Assembly: GCA_016873735.1 (NCBI GenBank)
Contig: VGWD01000005.1
Coordinates: forward strand, 1,929-65,928
DNA from: Ignavibacteria bacterium
GTDB taxonomy: Bacteria; Bacteroidota; Ignavibacteria; Kapaibacteriales; UBA961
Length of the DNA stretch: 64,000 bases
Direction: 5' to 3'
Of the stretch, positions 40,652 to 51,345 are shown one piece after another. The position numbers and the translations under genes were made by a program. The notes beneath the pieces were generated by a model. The model was given only the letters and a program-made list of their open reading frames with translations. It was not told where the DNA came from and did no database searches. Positions within the stretch are counted from its first letter, which is position 1; each line of letters starts with the position of its first letter.

Positions 40652-41740
40652 TTACAAAGTAATCGAGATGGTTTGAGAATTGCGTGCTGAATGTGCATTC
40701 TTACGAATAGTTGAAACTATCGAAGACGTGATGGAACGAATCACATCTCCTTGAGTCAAGTGTTCGGGGTTTAACACAACCGGAAATCCTGTGTCGCCAC
40801 CTACTCTTGTATCAATCGTGAGCGGAACTTCACCTAGAAAAGGTACGCCGGAATCCTTTGCCACTTGTTCGCCACCACCCTTGCCGAAAATATAGTATTG
40901 CTTTTCCTGAGCATCGGGAGGAATGAAATAGCTCATATTCTCAATCACGCCAAGAATGGTAACATTCACTTTCTTGAACATGCTGATGCTTCTTCGAACA
41001 TCAGATACTGAAATTTCCTGAGGAGTAGTGACAATCACAGCGCCATCCAAGGGGACTCTCTGTGTCAACGTCAATTGTATGTCTCCAGTACCCGGTGGAA
41101 GGTCGAATACAAGAAAATCCAGATCCCCCCATGCTATCTGATCCATCAAAGTTGTGAAATAACCTGCCAACATGGGGCCACGCATTATAGCCGCTTGATC
41201 ACGATCCATGATGAATCCGATTGAAGCTATCTTTACGCCATACTGTTCAATCGGATATCCTAATAATGCTCCAGATTCAGTTTTTTCGGCTTCCATTTGA
41301 GCTCCTGCAACTCCATACATGGTGGGTATGCTCGGACCATAAATATCCGCATCAAGTAATCCGACTGATGCACCTCTTTGAGCAAGGGAAGCGGCAAGAT
41401 TTGCAGCGATGGTAGATTTGCCAACACCTCCCTTACCTGAAGAAACAGCGATAAGGTGTTTCACTGTTGGTAGAACATTGGGATTTGTCATGCGTGGGAT
41501 CAATATTTCGCGGACAAAAATCTTGACTTCAAATCCTTCCGATATGGAAAGAATGCTATCTTTTATAGCATCTTCAATAATTTTTGCAATCCAATGTACA
41601 GGAGGGAATAATTCAATGTACACGGAAATTGTGTTTCCTTCAATCTCAATGGTTTTTATCGAATCGAGCTCTTGTAAATTGAGATTGAGATCCGGATCGA
41701 TTATATGCTCTATTGCTGCCTTGATTGTTTGTTCTGTCAT
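40652..41740 (-). CDS. apbC: Mrp/NBP35 (ApbC) Fe-S cluster carrier ATPase
   Basis: N-terminal DUF59-like domain; VSSGKGGVGKST, DADIYGPS, DLPPGTGD and ENMS motifs. Confidence 0.93.
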   Translation of the reverse strand: MTEQTIKAAIEHIIDPDLNLNLQELDSIKTIEIEGNTISVYIELFPPVHWIAKIIEDAIKDSILSISEGFEVKIFVREILIPRMTNPNVLPTVKHLIAVSSGKGGVGKSTIAANLAASLAQRGASVGLLDADIYGPSIPTMYGVAGAQMEAEKTESGALLGYPIEQYGVKIASIGFIMDRDQAAIMRGPMLAGYFTTLMDQIAWGDLDFLVFDLPPGTGDIQLTLTQRVPLDGAVIVTTPQEISVSDVRRSISMFKKVNVTILGVIENMSYFIPPDAQEKQYYIFGKGGGEQVAKDSGVPFLGEVPLTIDTRVGGDTGFPVVLNPEHLTQGDVIRSITSSIVSTIRKNAHSARNSQTISITL

Positions 41741-42150
41741 TTGTTTGATTGTCGAGGTTGGCAAAATTCCATTAACACGCCGCCTGTTGAACCGGGGTGA
41801 AGAAATGCAATGTGCATATCATGGGCACCAGGCACCGGAAATTCATTGATTAGTTTGATACCGTTTTCTTTGGCTTTTGATAAATCATCTGAGATTGAAT
41901 CAGAGGTGAATGCAATGTGATGAATGCCTTCGCCACGTTTATTGATGAAATTGGCAATTGGCGAATCATCAGAAATAGCCGCAGTTAATTCTATAAGGAT
42001 GCCATTCAAAGAGAATGAGGCAATTTTTACCTTCTGAGTTTCGACGGTTTCTTCATGGAAGTGCTCAATACCAAAAAGTGCGGAATATCTAGATTTGCTT
42101 GCTTCAAGATCTTTCACAGCAATGCCGATATGATTGATTGATGTAAGCAT
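41737..42150 (-). CDS. mce: Methylmalonyl-CoA epimerase
   Basis: HIGIAV, RGEGIHHIAF and IAFLHP.STGGVLME motifs. Confidence 0.93.
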   Translation of the reverse strand: MLTSINHIGIAVKDLEASKSRYSALFGIEHFHEETVETQKVKIASFSLNGILIELTAAISDDSPIANFINKRGEGIHHIAFTSDSISDDLSKAKENGIKLINEFPVPGAHDMHIAFLHPGSTGGVLMEFCQPRQSNK

Positions 42151-42911
42151 TATGATGAGTGTTTGGATGTGGATGAATAGACAGCTTCAGCTTGTTGGAG
42201 TTCGTCCAATGTATTGATTCCCATGAACTCGGATGAATTAAGAGACGGAATCACAGCAACTGCATGTCCTTGCTTGTGCAAATATCCAATAATGTCAGTC
42301 AGATAATATTCGCCTTGAACATTTGCATTTGAAATATTCGACAATACATCAAAGAGGTGTCTTGACTGAACGAGAAACATTCCTGTATTGATTTCTTGAA
42401 TCAATCGCTGTGCATCACTTGCATCTTTTTCTTCCATGATACCAATGAAATCACCGGCAGATGAACGTAAGATTCTTCCATATCCCTTTGGTTCATCGAG
42501 AAATGTGGAGACTGTAATTGCAATTGGAGCAGGTGATATGTCTTGTGCTTTATTCAATAGGTCTAACAATGTATGGGTACGGATCAGTGGAGTATCACCG
42601 GTTAAAATCAACACATACCCATCAAAATCTGATAGTCTTTCCGCAGTCTGCATTACAGCATGGCCGGTACCTAATTGCACCAATTGATATACAGGTTTTA
42701 TGCCCGGATACTGCTCGGATACATACTGTTCAACAATTTCTTTCTTATATCCAATTACAGGTAATATTTCTTTTGGCTGAAGGGGAATGATTGCATCCAA
42801 AACATGGCCGATCAGTGGTTTGCCACATAGTTCAGCCATGACTTTGGGTTTATCTGTTAACCCCATCCGAGTGCCCTTGCCTGCAGCAAGAATGATGATG
42901 ACTACATTCAT
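42150..42911 (-). CDS. GlmU-like nucleotidyltransferase (N-terminal uridylyltransferase domain only)
   Basis: ILAAGKGTRM, QLGTGHAV, GYGRI, EEKDA, EINTG, QGEYYLTD and GIN motifs; no hexapeptide domain. Confidence 0.88.
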   Translation of the reverse strand: MNVVIIILAAGKGTRMGLTDKPKVMAELCGKPLIGHVLDAIIPLQPKEILPVIGYKKEIVEQYVSEQYPGIKPVYQLVQLGTGHAVMQTAERLSDFDGYVLILTGDTPLIRTHTLLDLLNKAQDISPAPIAITVSTFLDEPKGYGRILRSSAGDFIGIMEEKDASDAQRLIQEINTGMFLVQSRHLFDVLSNISNANVQGEYYLTDIIGYLHKQGHAVAVIPSLNSSEFMGINTLDELQQAEAVYSSTSKHSS

Positions 42912-42920
42912 GAATGTCGA

Positions 42921-43307
42921 TTATGATAAATAATTTTGTGGTTCTATAGAATGAAATCGGTCTACGATATCATTATTCTCATTAACCAAGACTATGGTTG
43001 GTTGATAAATGCGGGCTTCTTCATCAGACATGCTTGCATAACTGATGATAATAATGCGATCACCAACAACGCCTTTTCTTGCGGCAGCCCCATTCAAGCA
43101 AATGGTTTTGCTGCCTCGTTCACCGGGAATGATATAGGTTTCCAGACGTTCGCCATTGTTGATATTGACAATGGAAACTTTCTCATATGGCAATAAATCT
43201 GCAGCATCCATCAAATCCGTATCGATGGTAAGACTGCCTTCATAATGTAATTCCGCTTGAGTAATTGTCGCACGGTGTATTTTAGATTTAAACATTATGC
43301 GCTCCAT
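42921..43307 (-). CDS. panD: Aspartate 1-decarboxylase
   Basis: [11 protein letters not shown]|SLTID cleavage site, NGERLETY and NGAAAR motifs. Confidence 0.98.
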   Translation of the reverse strand: MERIMFKSKIHRATITQAELHYEGSLTIDTDLMDAADLLPYEKVSIVNINNGERLETYIIPGERGSKTICLNGAAARKGVVGDRIIIISYASMSDEEARIYQPTIVLVNENNDIVDRFHSIEPQNYLS

Positions 43308-43338
43308 TACGCAATCCTCATATTGAGTAAACAAGCAT

Positions 43339-45390
43339 TTAAAAACGTAGAAGCTGATGCAATCGTTCCTTGATCAATTCCTTCGTGGGTATAACAGCAT
43401 TCATCAAAGATTTGTTATAAGGTATTGGTATATCGGGGGTTGCAATTCGCATGACGGGTGCATCCAGAAATGAAAATGCATCTTCAGTGATCGTTGCTGA
43501 TATTTCAGCTCCGAAACCACCTGTCATACAATCTTCATGAATAATCATGCAATGTCCTGTCTTTCGAACAGATTGCAATACTGCCTCTCTGTCCCAAGGA
43601 CAGATAGTCCGCAAATCAATGATTTCCAAAGAATATTCTGACAACTCTTGTTGAATGTCGTTCACACGATACAGCATTTCTCCCCAAGTTACAATTGTTG
43701 CGTCTGTACCTTCCTTCACTATGTTTGCCTTACCGAAAGGTAATATGAAAGTATCACCCGGATAATCTCCTCTTCCGGAAAAAGTATCAAGAAGATTGCG
43801 ATGTTCCAAAAAAACTGTTGGATCATTTCCGCGTAATGCCGTTCTGAGTAATCCCACCGCATCGCGCACATTGCTTGGGAATGCTATTCTCCAGCCAATA
43901 GTGTGCGCAAATATAGCTTCGCCGGAAACGCTATGCCAAGGATCGCCGACTACTTTGCTGTGTCCAACAGGTATACGAACGACAATTGGACAAGAAAATC
44001 GATTATTGGTTCTCCACCTGACTGTTCCTGCATCATTGAACTGCTCCATTGCAGGGTCAAGATATTTACGGAATTGGATTTCGGGTACAGGTACCAAACC
44101 GGCGAATGCAAGGCCTATGGATCGACCTATGATTCCTTCCTCAGAGAGAGAAGTATCAAACACTCTGTCTGCCCCATGTTTGATTTGCAAATCCATTGTA
44201 GCACCATGCACTCCTCCTTTCATGCCGACATCCTCACCAAATACCACAACTCTTGGATTGACCATGAGTTCAGTGTCGAGTGTGGCGCGAATCCCTTTGA
44301 TCAACTCCATCCTGGTTTGAGGTTTTTCTTCAGAAAGAGGTAATAATCTCAACTGCTCCGGTAATGTTCCGCCAATTTCCTGACTAATGCCTTGATAGAA
44401 TACATGATCCTTTATGAAAGAACTATCTGGATTAGGCAGGGACAATGCATTCTCCAAAGATTGCCTCACTTCGCTTTCGCATTCTGCATACAGCCGTTCC
44501 CATTCTTTTTCGGAGAGAATCTTCTTCTTAATGCAAAAACGCTTTAGTGAATCCATAGGATCGCGTTCATTTTCTTGGAGTTTTTGTTGTTCAGTCTTAT
44601 ATGTTTGGGAATCTTTTCCTGAATGACCGCATAATCTCGGAACATCCAATCGTATGAGAACAGGAGAAATACGTTTTCTTGCATGTTGGACTGCATTGAA
44701 AATCAACTCAGCTGTTTCTTCCGGATTTGTTCCATCTCCTTCAAGAATAAGAAGATTGGAAAAAGCAGCAAGATTATGGGCAATGTTTCCACCGGGTGTT
44801 TGATAGTCGCCGGTTACGGAAATTCCATAGTGATTGTCTTCGATGAAAAAGATCATCGGATAATTTTGCGTGGTGGCAATCGTAAGTGCAGACCAGAATC
44901 CATTTGTGGCACATGAAGCATCACCTCCAAGTGCAACTGCTATTGATTCATTCCAATCTTGTTCCTCCAATACAGATGATCGATATACCGCTGCTTGCGC
45001 CCATCCAACTGCCGGTGTGAATTGCGCTCCAACATCACCACTTGCCGGCATTATGGTTACCCCTTTTCGAGGAGGTAGATGATGCACGACGCCAATGTCT
45101 CTTCCGCCATTCAAACTGCCTGTATTTGAGATTGGCCCTGCGAATGCTTCTTCAATGGTCATACCTGCGGCAAGCACAAATGGACGAGAACGATAGTACA
45201 CCGTGGCACCATCATGCGGATTGTTCATGTAGTGTGCCAGAATGATTTGACCGAGCTCATGCCCCCTGGCAGAAAATTGATAAAGAACCACTCCTTTTTC
45301 AGCCAATTCTAGCTCTTCAATAACATCGGTCAATCGGGATGTTATGAGGGTTTTTGCTATGCCGATCCAGTCTGATTTCGAGATATTCAT
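43339..45390 (-). CDS. Fused alpha/beta E1 component of 2-oxoacid (likely branched-chain) dehydrogenase
   Basis: TPP region GGDASC...EDN; RLCGHS; beta part FGEDVG..GGV, DTSLSE, EIQF and IDLRT. Confidence 0.9.
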   Translation of the reverse strand: MNISKSDWIGIAKTLITSRLTDVIEELELAEKGVVLYQFSARGHELGQIILAHYMNNPHDGATVYYRSRPFVLAAGMTIEEAFAGPISNTGSLNGGRDIGVVHHLPPRKGVTIMPASGDVGAQFTPAVGWAQAAVYRSSVLEEQDWNESIAVALGGDASCATNGFWSALTIATTQNYPMIFFIEDNHYGISVTGDYQTPGGNIAHNLAAFSNLLILEGDGTNPEETAELIFNAVQHARKRISPVLIRLDVPRLCGHSGKDSQTYKTEQQKLQENERDPMDSLKRFCIKKKILSEKEWERLYAECESEVRQSLENALSLPNPDSSFIKDHVFYQGISQEIGGTLPEQLRLLPLSEEKPQTRMELIKGIRATLDTELMVNPRVVVFGEDVGMKGGVHGATMDLQIKHGADRVFDTSLSEEGIIGRSIGLAFAGLVPVPEIQFRKYLDPAMEQFNDAGTVRWRTNNRFSCPIVVRIPVGHSKVVGDPWHSVSGEAIFAHTIGWRIAFPSNVRDAVGLLRTALRGNDPTVFLEHRNLLDTFSGRGDYPGDTFILPFGKANIVKEGTDATIVTWGEMLYRVNDIQQELSEYSLEIIDLRTICPWDREAVLQSVRKTGHCMIIHEDCMTGGFGAEISATITEDAFSFLDAPVMRIATPDIPIPYNKSLMNAVIPTKELIKERLHQLLRF

Positions 45391-45519
45391 GCGAGAATCA
45401 ATAGTTTGCGTTCAAAACAGAGAATAAAATTACAAATACTACGCTTTTCTATGGGGCACTTATTACAAGAAAGTATGTGTTTATAATGATTAATCCGTGC
45501 GTATGGCGTTTCATTTCCC

Positions 45520-45527
45520 TAAATTTG
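45520..45527 (+). promoter_or_regulatory. Putative -7 promoter element (TAAATTTG) for T9SS protein-glyA
   Basis: TAnnTTTG match in the divergent intergenic region. Confidence 0.5.
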
Positions 45528-45575
45528 TGAATATTATGTCAATTGAAAGTTTCAACATAATCTGAGGTAATTACA

Positions 45576-46523
45576 ATGTTACATCGCCAATTTACTCGAA
45601 TATTGCTCGTATTTGCATTGTTTCTCTGCTTACAGGATTATGCCAATGCGCAACTCACTCAGCCATTTTTGATGAAAGAAGGGCTCCAATCAGTAAAAAA
45701 AGCAGCAGCAGATTCAGGCTGGAAAAGCCCGATTCTGACAACTGTGGTCACCATTGGAGATACTACCGGTATTGGAGGAGGCCTTTTGACGACTGCATTT
45801 GATATGAAAACAGGTCGTTCTCCGATTTGGATCTATATACTTGGAATTGAAGATGCAAGAGGGAATTCTGAAACAAAATTGTTGGCATATGTAAAATTGC
45901 CGTTTCTTGGTCTTCAACAATTTCCTTTGCCGGCAGATGCTGTGCCGGGAGATATTCCATTCCAGCCACAAGATTCCATTCCTACGGCATTGGTCATGAA
46001 TTCCGATGGAATTGTGAATAAGGTGAATGCAAATGCCACATATCAATCATTTATCAAAGAAAATCCAAAAGCGAAATCCGCTTTCATAGTTTTGTTCACA
46101 TCTCCATTAGATATTCCTGGAACCCCATTCACTACAGGTGCTCCTCTTTGGAATTTCAACTTTTCTGATCAAGCTGATTCATTGGCTCCTTCACTAACTT
46201 GTTTCGTGCACGGTGTAACAGGTGAAACCATTTGTATTGATGCACCATTCACTTCAATCAACGAGGAAAGCGATCAAATTGCTCATGCTTCATTGAAGAT
46301 TCATCCGATTCCGCAAGGAACTAATGGTATACTTCAGTTTTCAAACATGGATGCTGATCAATCAGTTTTTGTAGATGTGACTGATTTGATGGGAAGATCT
46401 GTGTATTCATCACAATCAAACGACAAATCTTTTATTACATTGCCGCTGCTTCCTGCAGGTGTCTACATTGCAAGGATTCAAGATGCGAGTGGTATTTCTT
46501 CACTACGATTTATTCAACAGTAA
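45576..46523 (+). CDS. Secreted hypothetical protein with T9SS C-terminal sorting domain
   Basis: Signal peptide; CTD IHPIP...VTDLMGRSV...LPAGVYIARI. Confidence 0.8.
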   Translation: MLHRQFTRILLVFALFLCLQDYANAQLTQPFLMKEGLQSVKKAAADSGWKSPILTTVVTIGDTTGIGGGLLTTAFDMKTGRSPIWIYILGIEDARGNSETKLLAYVKLPFLGLQQFPLPADAVPGDIPFQPQDSIPTALVMNSDGIVNKVNANATYQSFIKENPKAKSAFIVLFTSPLDIPGTPFTTGAPLWNFNFSDQADSLAPSLTCFVHGVTGETICIDAPFTSINEESDQIAHASLKIHPIPQGTNGILQFSNMDADQSVFVDVTDLMGRSVYSSQSNDKSFITLPLLPAGVYIARIQDASGISSLRFIQQ

Positions 46524-47825
46524 ATGTCTATATACGATATCACCAAACACCATGACCCTGAATTATTTGCCGCATTGCAAGGCGAATATACTCGTCAACT
46601 TGAAAAGATTGAATTAATTGCAAGTGAAAATTTCACTTCAAAGGCAGTAATGGAAATACAAGGATCTATTCTCACCAATAAATATGCCGAAGGGTATCCC
46701 GGAAAACGATATTATGGTGGATGCGAGTGGGTTGATGTAGCTGAAGATTTAGCACGTGATCGATTAAAGCAGTTATTTGGTGCGGAATATGTGAATGTTC
46801 AACCACATAGTGGAAGTGGCGCCAATATGGCTGTCTACTTTGTATATCTCAAACCCGGTGACACGGTACTGGGTATGGACTTATCACATGGTGGGCATCT
46901 TACACATGGATCACCTGTAAATTTTTCAGGAAAGTTCTATAATTTCATTCCCTATGGTCTGGACAAAGAAACAGGAAGAATCGATTATGATAAGGTTGAA
47001 GACCTTGCGAAAGAACATCGTCCGAAAATGATTACGGTTGGGGCTTCGGCATATTCCAGAAATATTGACTTCAAAGCATTCAGAACAATAGCTGATTCCG
47101 TTGGTGCATATCTCTTGGCTGATATTGCGCATCCTGCTGGATTGATCGCAAAAAGCCGCTTGGATAATCCCGTTCCATACTGTGATATCGTAACAAGTAC
47201 CACCCATAAAACACTCCGTGGCCCGCGTGGTGGAATAATCATGATGGGCTCCAATTATGAAAATCCTTTTGGAGCGGTTGCACCAAAATCGGGAAGGAAG
47301 AAACTCATGGGTGAGCTTCTTGATTCGATGGTTATGCCTGGTATTCAAGGCGGCCCTTTGATGCATGTTATTGCAGCAAAGGCAACTGCTTTCAAAGAAG
47401 CACTCTCTGACGAATTTGATACATATACCAAGCAGGTCGTAAGAAATGCCAAGAGCATGGCAAATTCACTTATTTCAATGGGGTATGATATCGTAAGTGG
47501 CGGAACGGATAATCACCTTATGCTCATTGATTTGCGAAATAAAGGCGTAACCGGCAAACAAGCTGAAATAGCATTGGACTCTGCCGGCATTACGTGCAAT
47601 AAAAATGCTGTTCCGTATGATACCCAACCACCATTGGTGACATCGGGCATTCGTCTTGGAGCAGCAGCGATGACTTCCAGGGGCTTTAATGAACATGATA
47701 TGAAGCAGATTGCTGGATTCATAGACATGGTCATTCAACATATCGATCAACCTGAAATTGCGGTAGATGTAAAGCAACAAGTCAAAGAATATTGCAAAGA
47801 TTTTCCTATTCATCCACAGATATAG
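46524..47825 (+). CDS. glyA: Serine hydroxymethyltransferase
   Basis: [21 protein letters not shown] and [12 protein letters not shown] motifs. Confidence 0.99.
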   Translation: MSIYDITKHHDPELFAALQGEYTRQLEKIELIASENFTSKAVMEIQGSILTNKYAEGYPGKRYYGGCEWVDVAEDLARDRLKQLFGAEYVNVQPHSGSGANMAVYFVYLKPGDTVLGMDLSHGGHLTHGSPVNFSGKFYNFIPYGLDKETGRIDYDKVEDLAKEHRPKMITVGASAYSRNIDFKAFRTIADSVGAYLLADIAHPAGLIAKSRLDNPVPYCDIVTSTTHKTLRGPRGGIIMMGSNYENPFGAVAPKSGRKKLMGELLDSMVMPGIQGGPLMHVIAAKATAFKEALSDEFDTYTKQVVRNAKSMANSLISMGYDIVSGGTDNHLMLIDLRNKGVTGKQAEIALDSAGITCNKNAVPYDTQPPLVTSGIRLGAAAMTSRGFNEHDMKQIAGFIDMVIQHIDQPEIAVDVKQQVKEYCKDFPIHPQI

Positions 47826-47846
47826 AAACGTTCAACTATAAATGAT

Positions 47847-47884
47847 AAAGCGGTTAGCCTCATAAAAGGTTAACCGCTTTTTTT
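47847..47884 (+). terminator. Intrinsic terminator after glyA
   Basis: AAAGCGGTTAGCCT-CATAAA-AGGTTAACCGCTTTTTTT. Confidence 0.85.
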
Positions 47885-47988
47885 GTACTTTCTTTGCAAA
47901 TTTCATCGACAAATTGTAGTTTAGGCAAAAATCATACCACGATGCAAAGCAGCAATTGCATCAGGCGTATCCACACAATTTTAACGCC

Positions 47989-48552
47989 ATGATTCTTATA
48001 GATTCAATACTAATGGATGAAGCAATCATCCATGAGCATTTTTCATGTGATTTGCAGACTTGCAAAGGTGCTTGCTGTACGCTCAGAGGCGGGGAGGGAG
48101 CGCCATTGGACAAAAGGGAAATTCCGCTTATCAAAGAAGCAATTCCTTCGGTTCTTTCTTATCTCGATGATGAATCTATCCAAGTTCTCAAAAATGAATC
48201 ATGGATTGGTGGATCACCTGATGAACCTTTTGTGCAATGCATTGATGATGCTGATTGTGTGTTTGTATTTAGGGAGGGCGGTATTGCCAAATGTGGTCTG
48301 GAAATAGCATTCTTTGAAAAGAACACCACATTTAGGAAGCCCTTGTCATGTCATTTATTTCCCATTCGTATTCGAAATTTCGGTGGTGATTATCTTAGCT
48401 ATCAACCATTCGATGAATGCAAGCCGGCAATTGAGCATGGCAAAAAACAACAGAGTTTGGTTATACACTCGTTGCGTGAAGCCTTGATTCGTGCATATGG
48501 GGAGGACTGGTATGATCAAGCACAAGAATTCATGAGTCAGGAGGGCGCATAA
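47989..48552 (+). CDS. DUF3109 family Cys-rich protein
   Basis: FSCDLQTCKGACC..G..GAPL, CVF, KC and KPLSCHLFPIR motifs. Confidence 0.88.
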   Translation: MILIDSILMDEAIIHEHFSCDLQTCKGACCTLRGGEGAPLDKREIPLIKEAIPSVLSYLDDESIQVLKNESWIGGSPDEPFVQCIDDADCVFVFREGGIAKCGLEIAFFEKNTTFRKPLSCHLFPIRIRNFGGDYLSYQPFDECKPAIEHGKKQQSLVIHSLREALIRAYGEDWYDQAQEFMSQEGA

Positions 48553-50240
48553 TGCCGATGAAAGTTTCAATGAATTTGCAGACTTCGCTTCTGCAAACGC
48601 TTACACCACAACAAATTCAATATTTGAAGCTCTTGCAATTGCCAATTTTGCAATTGGAACAGCATGTACGTCAGGAAGTTGAACAGAATCCAATGCTTGA
48701 TGAGTCTTCAGAAGAAATGATTGCAATTGAAGAAGATTCAGATTTTGAACCGAATGAAAATTTATTGAGCACTGTCCCCAAAGATGTGATGGAGGGCAAT
48801 GACTATAATGACAATACCCATGATTATGATGAACCAGTTCCATTCGATGCAGAACATCATGATCCTTTCGATTTTTACGAATTGGCTTGGAATGAAACGA
48901 GGACACCCGAACAGGGTTCCGTTGATATAGATGATGAAGATGATTATGGGTACAATGAGCAAAGCGAGCAGACCACCTTCACTGATGATCTGATTGAACA
49001 AATAAATTTGCTCAATCTCAATGATCAGGAAAAACTCTTATGCTATACGATCATCGGCAATTTGGAGGATGATGGGTATTTACGTCGTTCCCTTGAAGAT
49101 TTGGTTGATGATGTCAATACTAGAATCTTGGAAGAAAATCATAAAGCACATAGAGAATATCTTCGCAGGCATAAACGTTTCTTGGAAGAGTCGATCAGGA
49201 AAAACTCCATGTCAAGTAATTCCTACTTCGACAATCTGGAGGAGGAAGATCCTGATCTTGCAATGGAGGAACCAATTGCCCCATCTCCTGTTGCATCTGT
49301 AACAATAGAAATGGCAGAGCAATCCCTGCACTATGTGCAACAACAAGAACCACCCGGTATAGCAGCAAGAGATCTTCGTGAATGCTTATTACTTCAATTG
49401 CATGCAAAAACCAATCCCGCTGATTCTGAAATACTGGCCACACATATATTGGAAAAGAGTTATGATGTATTCGTCATGAAACATTATACAGTATTGTGCA
49501 GACAATTTTCCATCAATGAAGATGAATTGAAGTCAGCCATTGATGCCATTCGCCGTTTGAATCCCAAACCCGGCGGAATGGGATTATCAATCGCAACCAC
49601 AAGCGTTATACCTGATTTTGTAATTTCAATCGATGATGATAGTGATGAAATCATGATTAATGTCAATGATATGCGTATCCCTCAGTTGAAGTTGAATAAA
49701 ATGTATGAAGATTTGAAAAAGGAAGCTCGATACCGTAAATACAATAAAGAAACAAAAGAATGGCTTCGAAAGAAATACGATGATGCAAAATTCCTGTTGC
49801 AAGCCATAAGGCAAAGAAAAAAGACAATGCTCAAAGTCATGACAGGAATAGCCGGTGCTCAAAAGGATTTCTTCAGATACGGAGAAAGTGCACTGAAACC
49901 ATTGATCTACAAAGATGTGGCAGATGTGACGGGGATGGATGTATCTACGATTTGCCGCATAGTCAATGGGAAATATGTTCAAACCGATTTCGGTACATAT
50001 GAATTAAGGTTTTTCTTTAGTGAATCATTACCGAGCGACGATGGCGAAGAGATATCAACAACTGTCATCAAACAAAAAATCAAAGACTTGATTGACAAAG
50101 AACCAAAACTCAAGCCACATAGTGATGACAAATTGATGTCCGAGCTCAAAAAACAAGGATTAAATGTTGCACGGAGAACAGTTGCGAAATATCGAGAGCA
50201 AATGAGAATTCCAGTTGCTCGACTTCGTAAAGAATTGTGA
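48552..50240 (+). CDS. rpoN: RNA polymerase sigma-54 factor
   Basis: LTPQQIQYLKLLQL, PGIAARDLRECLLLQL and RpoN box ARRTVAKYRE. Confidence 0.98.
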   Translation: MPMKVSMNLQTSLLQTLTPQQIQYLKLLQLPILQLEQHVRQEVEQNPMLDESSEEMIAIEEDSDFEPNENLLSTVPKDVMEGNDYNDNTHDYDEPVPFDAEHHDPFDFYELAWNETRTPEQGSVDIDDEDDYGYNEQSEQTTFTDDLIEQINLLNLNDQEKLLCYTIIGNLEDDGYLRRSLEDLVDDVNTRILEENHKAHREYLRRHKRFLEESIRKNSMSSNSYFDNLEEEDPDLAMEEPIAPSPVASVTIEMAEQSLHYVQQQEPPGIAARDLRECLLLQLHAKTNPADSEILATHILEKSYDVFVMKHYTVLCRQFSINEDELKSAIDAIRRLNPKPGGMGLSIATTSVIPDFVISIDDDSDEIMINVNDMRIPQLKLNKMYEDLKKEARYRKYNKETKEWLRKKYDDAKFLLQAIRQRKKTMLKVMTGIAGAQKDFFRYGESALKPLIYKDVADVTGMDVSTICRIVNGKYVQTDFGTYELRFFFSESLPSDDGEEISTTVIKQKIKDLIDKEPKLKPHSDDKLMSELKKQGLNVARRTVAKYREQMRIPVARLRKEL

Positions 50241-50247
50241 TTATGTC

Positions 50248-51345
50248 ATGTCTATAGCCACATTGCTTTCCAAGATTGATCACTCCTTGCGTCCTATCTT
50301 TGGCGCTTTGCCTGCATCGGTATTTACTCGCTTTTATTCCTCTACCAGACCATGGTTTTCCAAAGTTGCAGCTGATGATGCTGTACCTTTTGTTTCAATT
50401 CCTTCTAATGTTAGTATATCATTCAAACAACTCACTTTTCGGTCCTATCTAGGTAATGCGGCCGGAATGTATAAGCAAGCAGAAGGCTATGAGAGAGCAT
50501 ATGCTCAAGGCGCAGGATTCTATCTTTGCGGAACTACCACAAGTTTACCAAGAAAAGGTAATGCTAAACATGGTATTTATCTTCCATTTGTTCCATATCC
50601 CACTACACATGCTGCATCGAACTGGCTTGGTTTGCCAAATGATGGTCATAGAGCCACAGCTTCAATCATTGCCGGCTTTATGAGGTATGAACATTTTCCA
50701 ATAGGTGCCAGTATTGCCATGGACCCTGGCATGCCCTCCGATCAAGCAATGGAAGGATTGATTGAAGGAATACGAGCTTATATTGACGCCGGTTGTGATT
50801 TTTTGGAGTTAAATGAAAGTTGTCCAAATGTTCCCGGACATGATATGAATGATGGCACACTCGACATTTCTCTACTTAAACGCTTGGATACCATATCTTC
50901 ACAAATAGATCTCACTTCAATACCTTTATTTGTCAAATTATCCAATGATACTGATCAAGGATTGGTTCCGCAATTAATGAGAGCGCTGATTGATCGTTCT
51001 TTTTCCGGAGTTAATTTCGGAAATACGTCAACTCGTTATAAAGAAATGGAACGATTGATTCATTCATCAGATAGACATCTTTATGATTATTTCACGAAAG
51101 AATTCGGTGGTGGTTTAAGCGGAGTGATTGTTAGAGAGGCATCAAGCGCATTGATCGCGCAAGCAAAACGCTATCGTGAAGAGTTATCAGCACCTGAATT
51201 TTTAATTATTGCTACAGGCGGGATTGAAACGAAGGAAGATGTGCAGCAGGCAAAGGAGAATGGGGCAGACATTATTCAATGGTATACCGGTTACTACGAG
51301 CAGTTCGGTAAACATGGCAATGATGTATACTCAGCAATGTATTGA
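50248..51345 (+). CDS. pyrD: Dihydroorotate dehydrogenase (divergent)
   Basis: GNAAGMYK, LNESCPN, VKLS, GNT, GGLSG, ATGGI and GADIIQWYT motifs. Confidence 0.8.
   Translation: MSIATLLSKIDHSLRPIFGALPASVFTRFYSSTRPWFSKVAADDAVPFVSIPSNVSISFKQLTFRSYLGNAAGMYKQAEGYERAYAQGAGFYLCGTTTSLPRKGNAKHGIYLPFVPYPTTHAASNWLGLPNDGHRATASIIAGFMRYEHFPIGASIAMDPGMPSDQAMEGLIEGIRAYIDAGCDFLELNESCPNVPGHDMNDGTLDISLLKRLDTISSQIDLTSIPLFVKLSNDTDQGLVPQLMRALIDRSFSGVNFGNTSTRYKEMERLIHSSDRHLYDYFTKEFGGGLSGVIVREASSALIAQAKRYREELSAPEFLIIATGGIETKEDVQQAKENGADIIQWYTGYYEQFGKHGNDVYSAMY

Noticed and set aside
45500-45520. Sigma-54 -24/-12 promoter (TGGCGT...)
   Set aside because: Lacks the conserved GC at -12.
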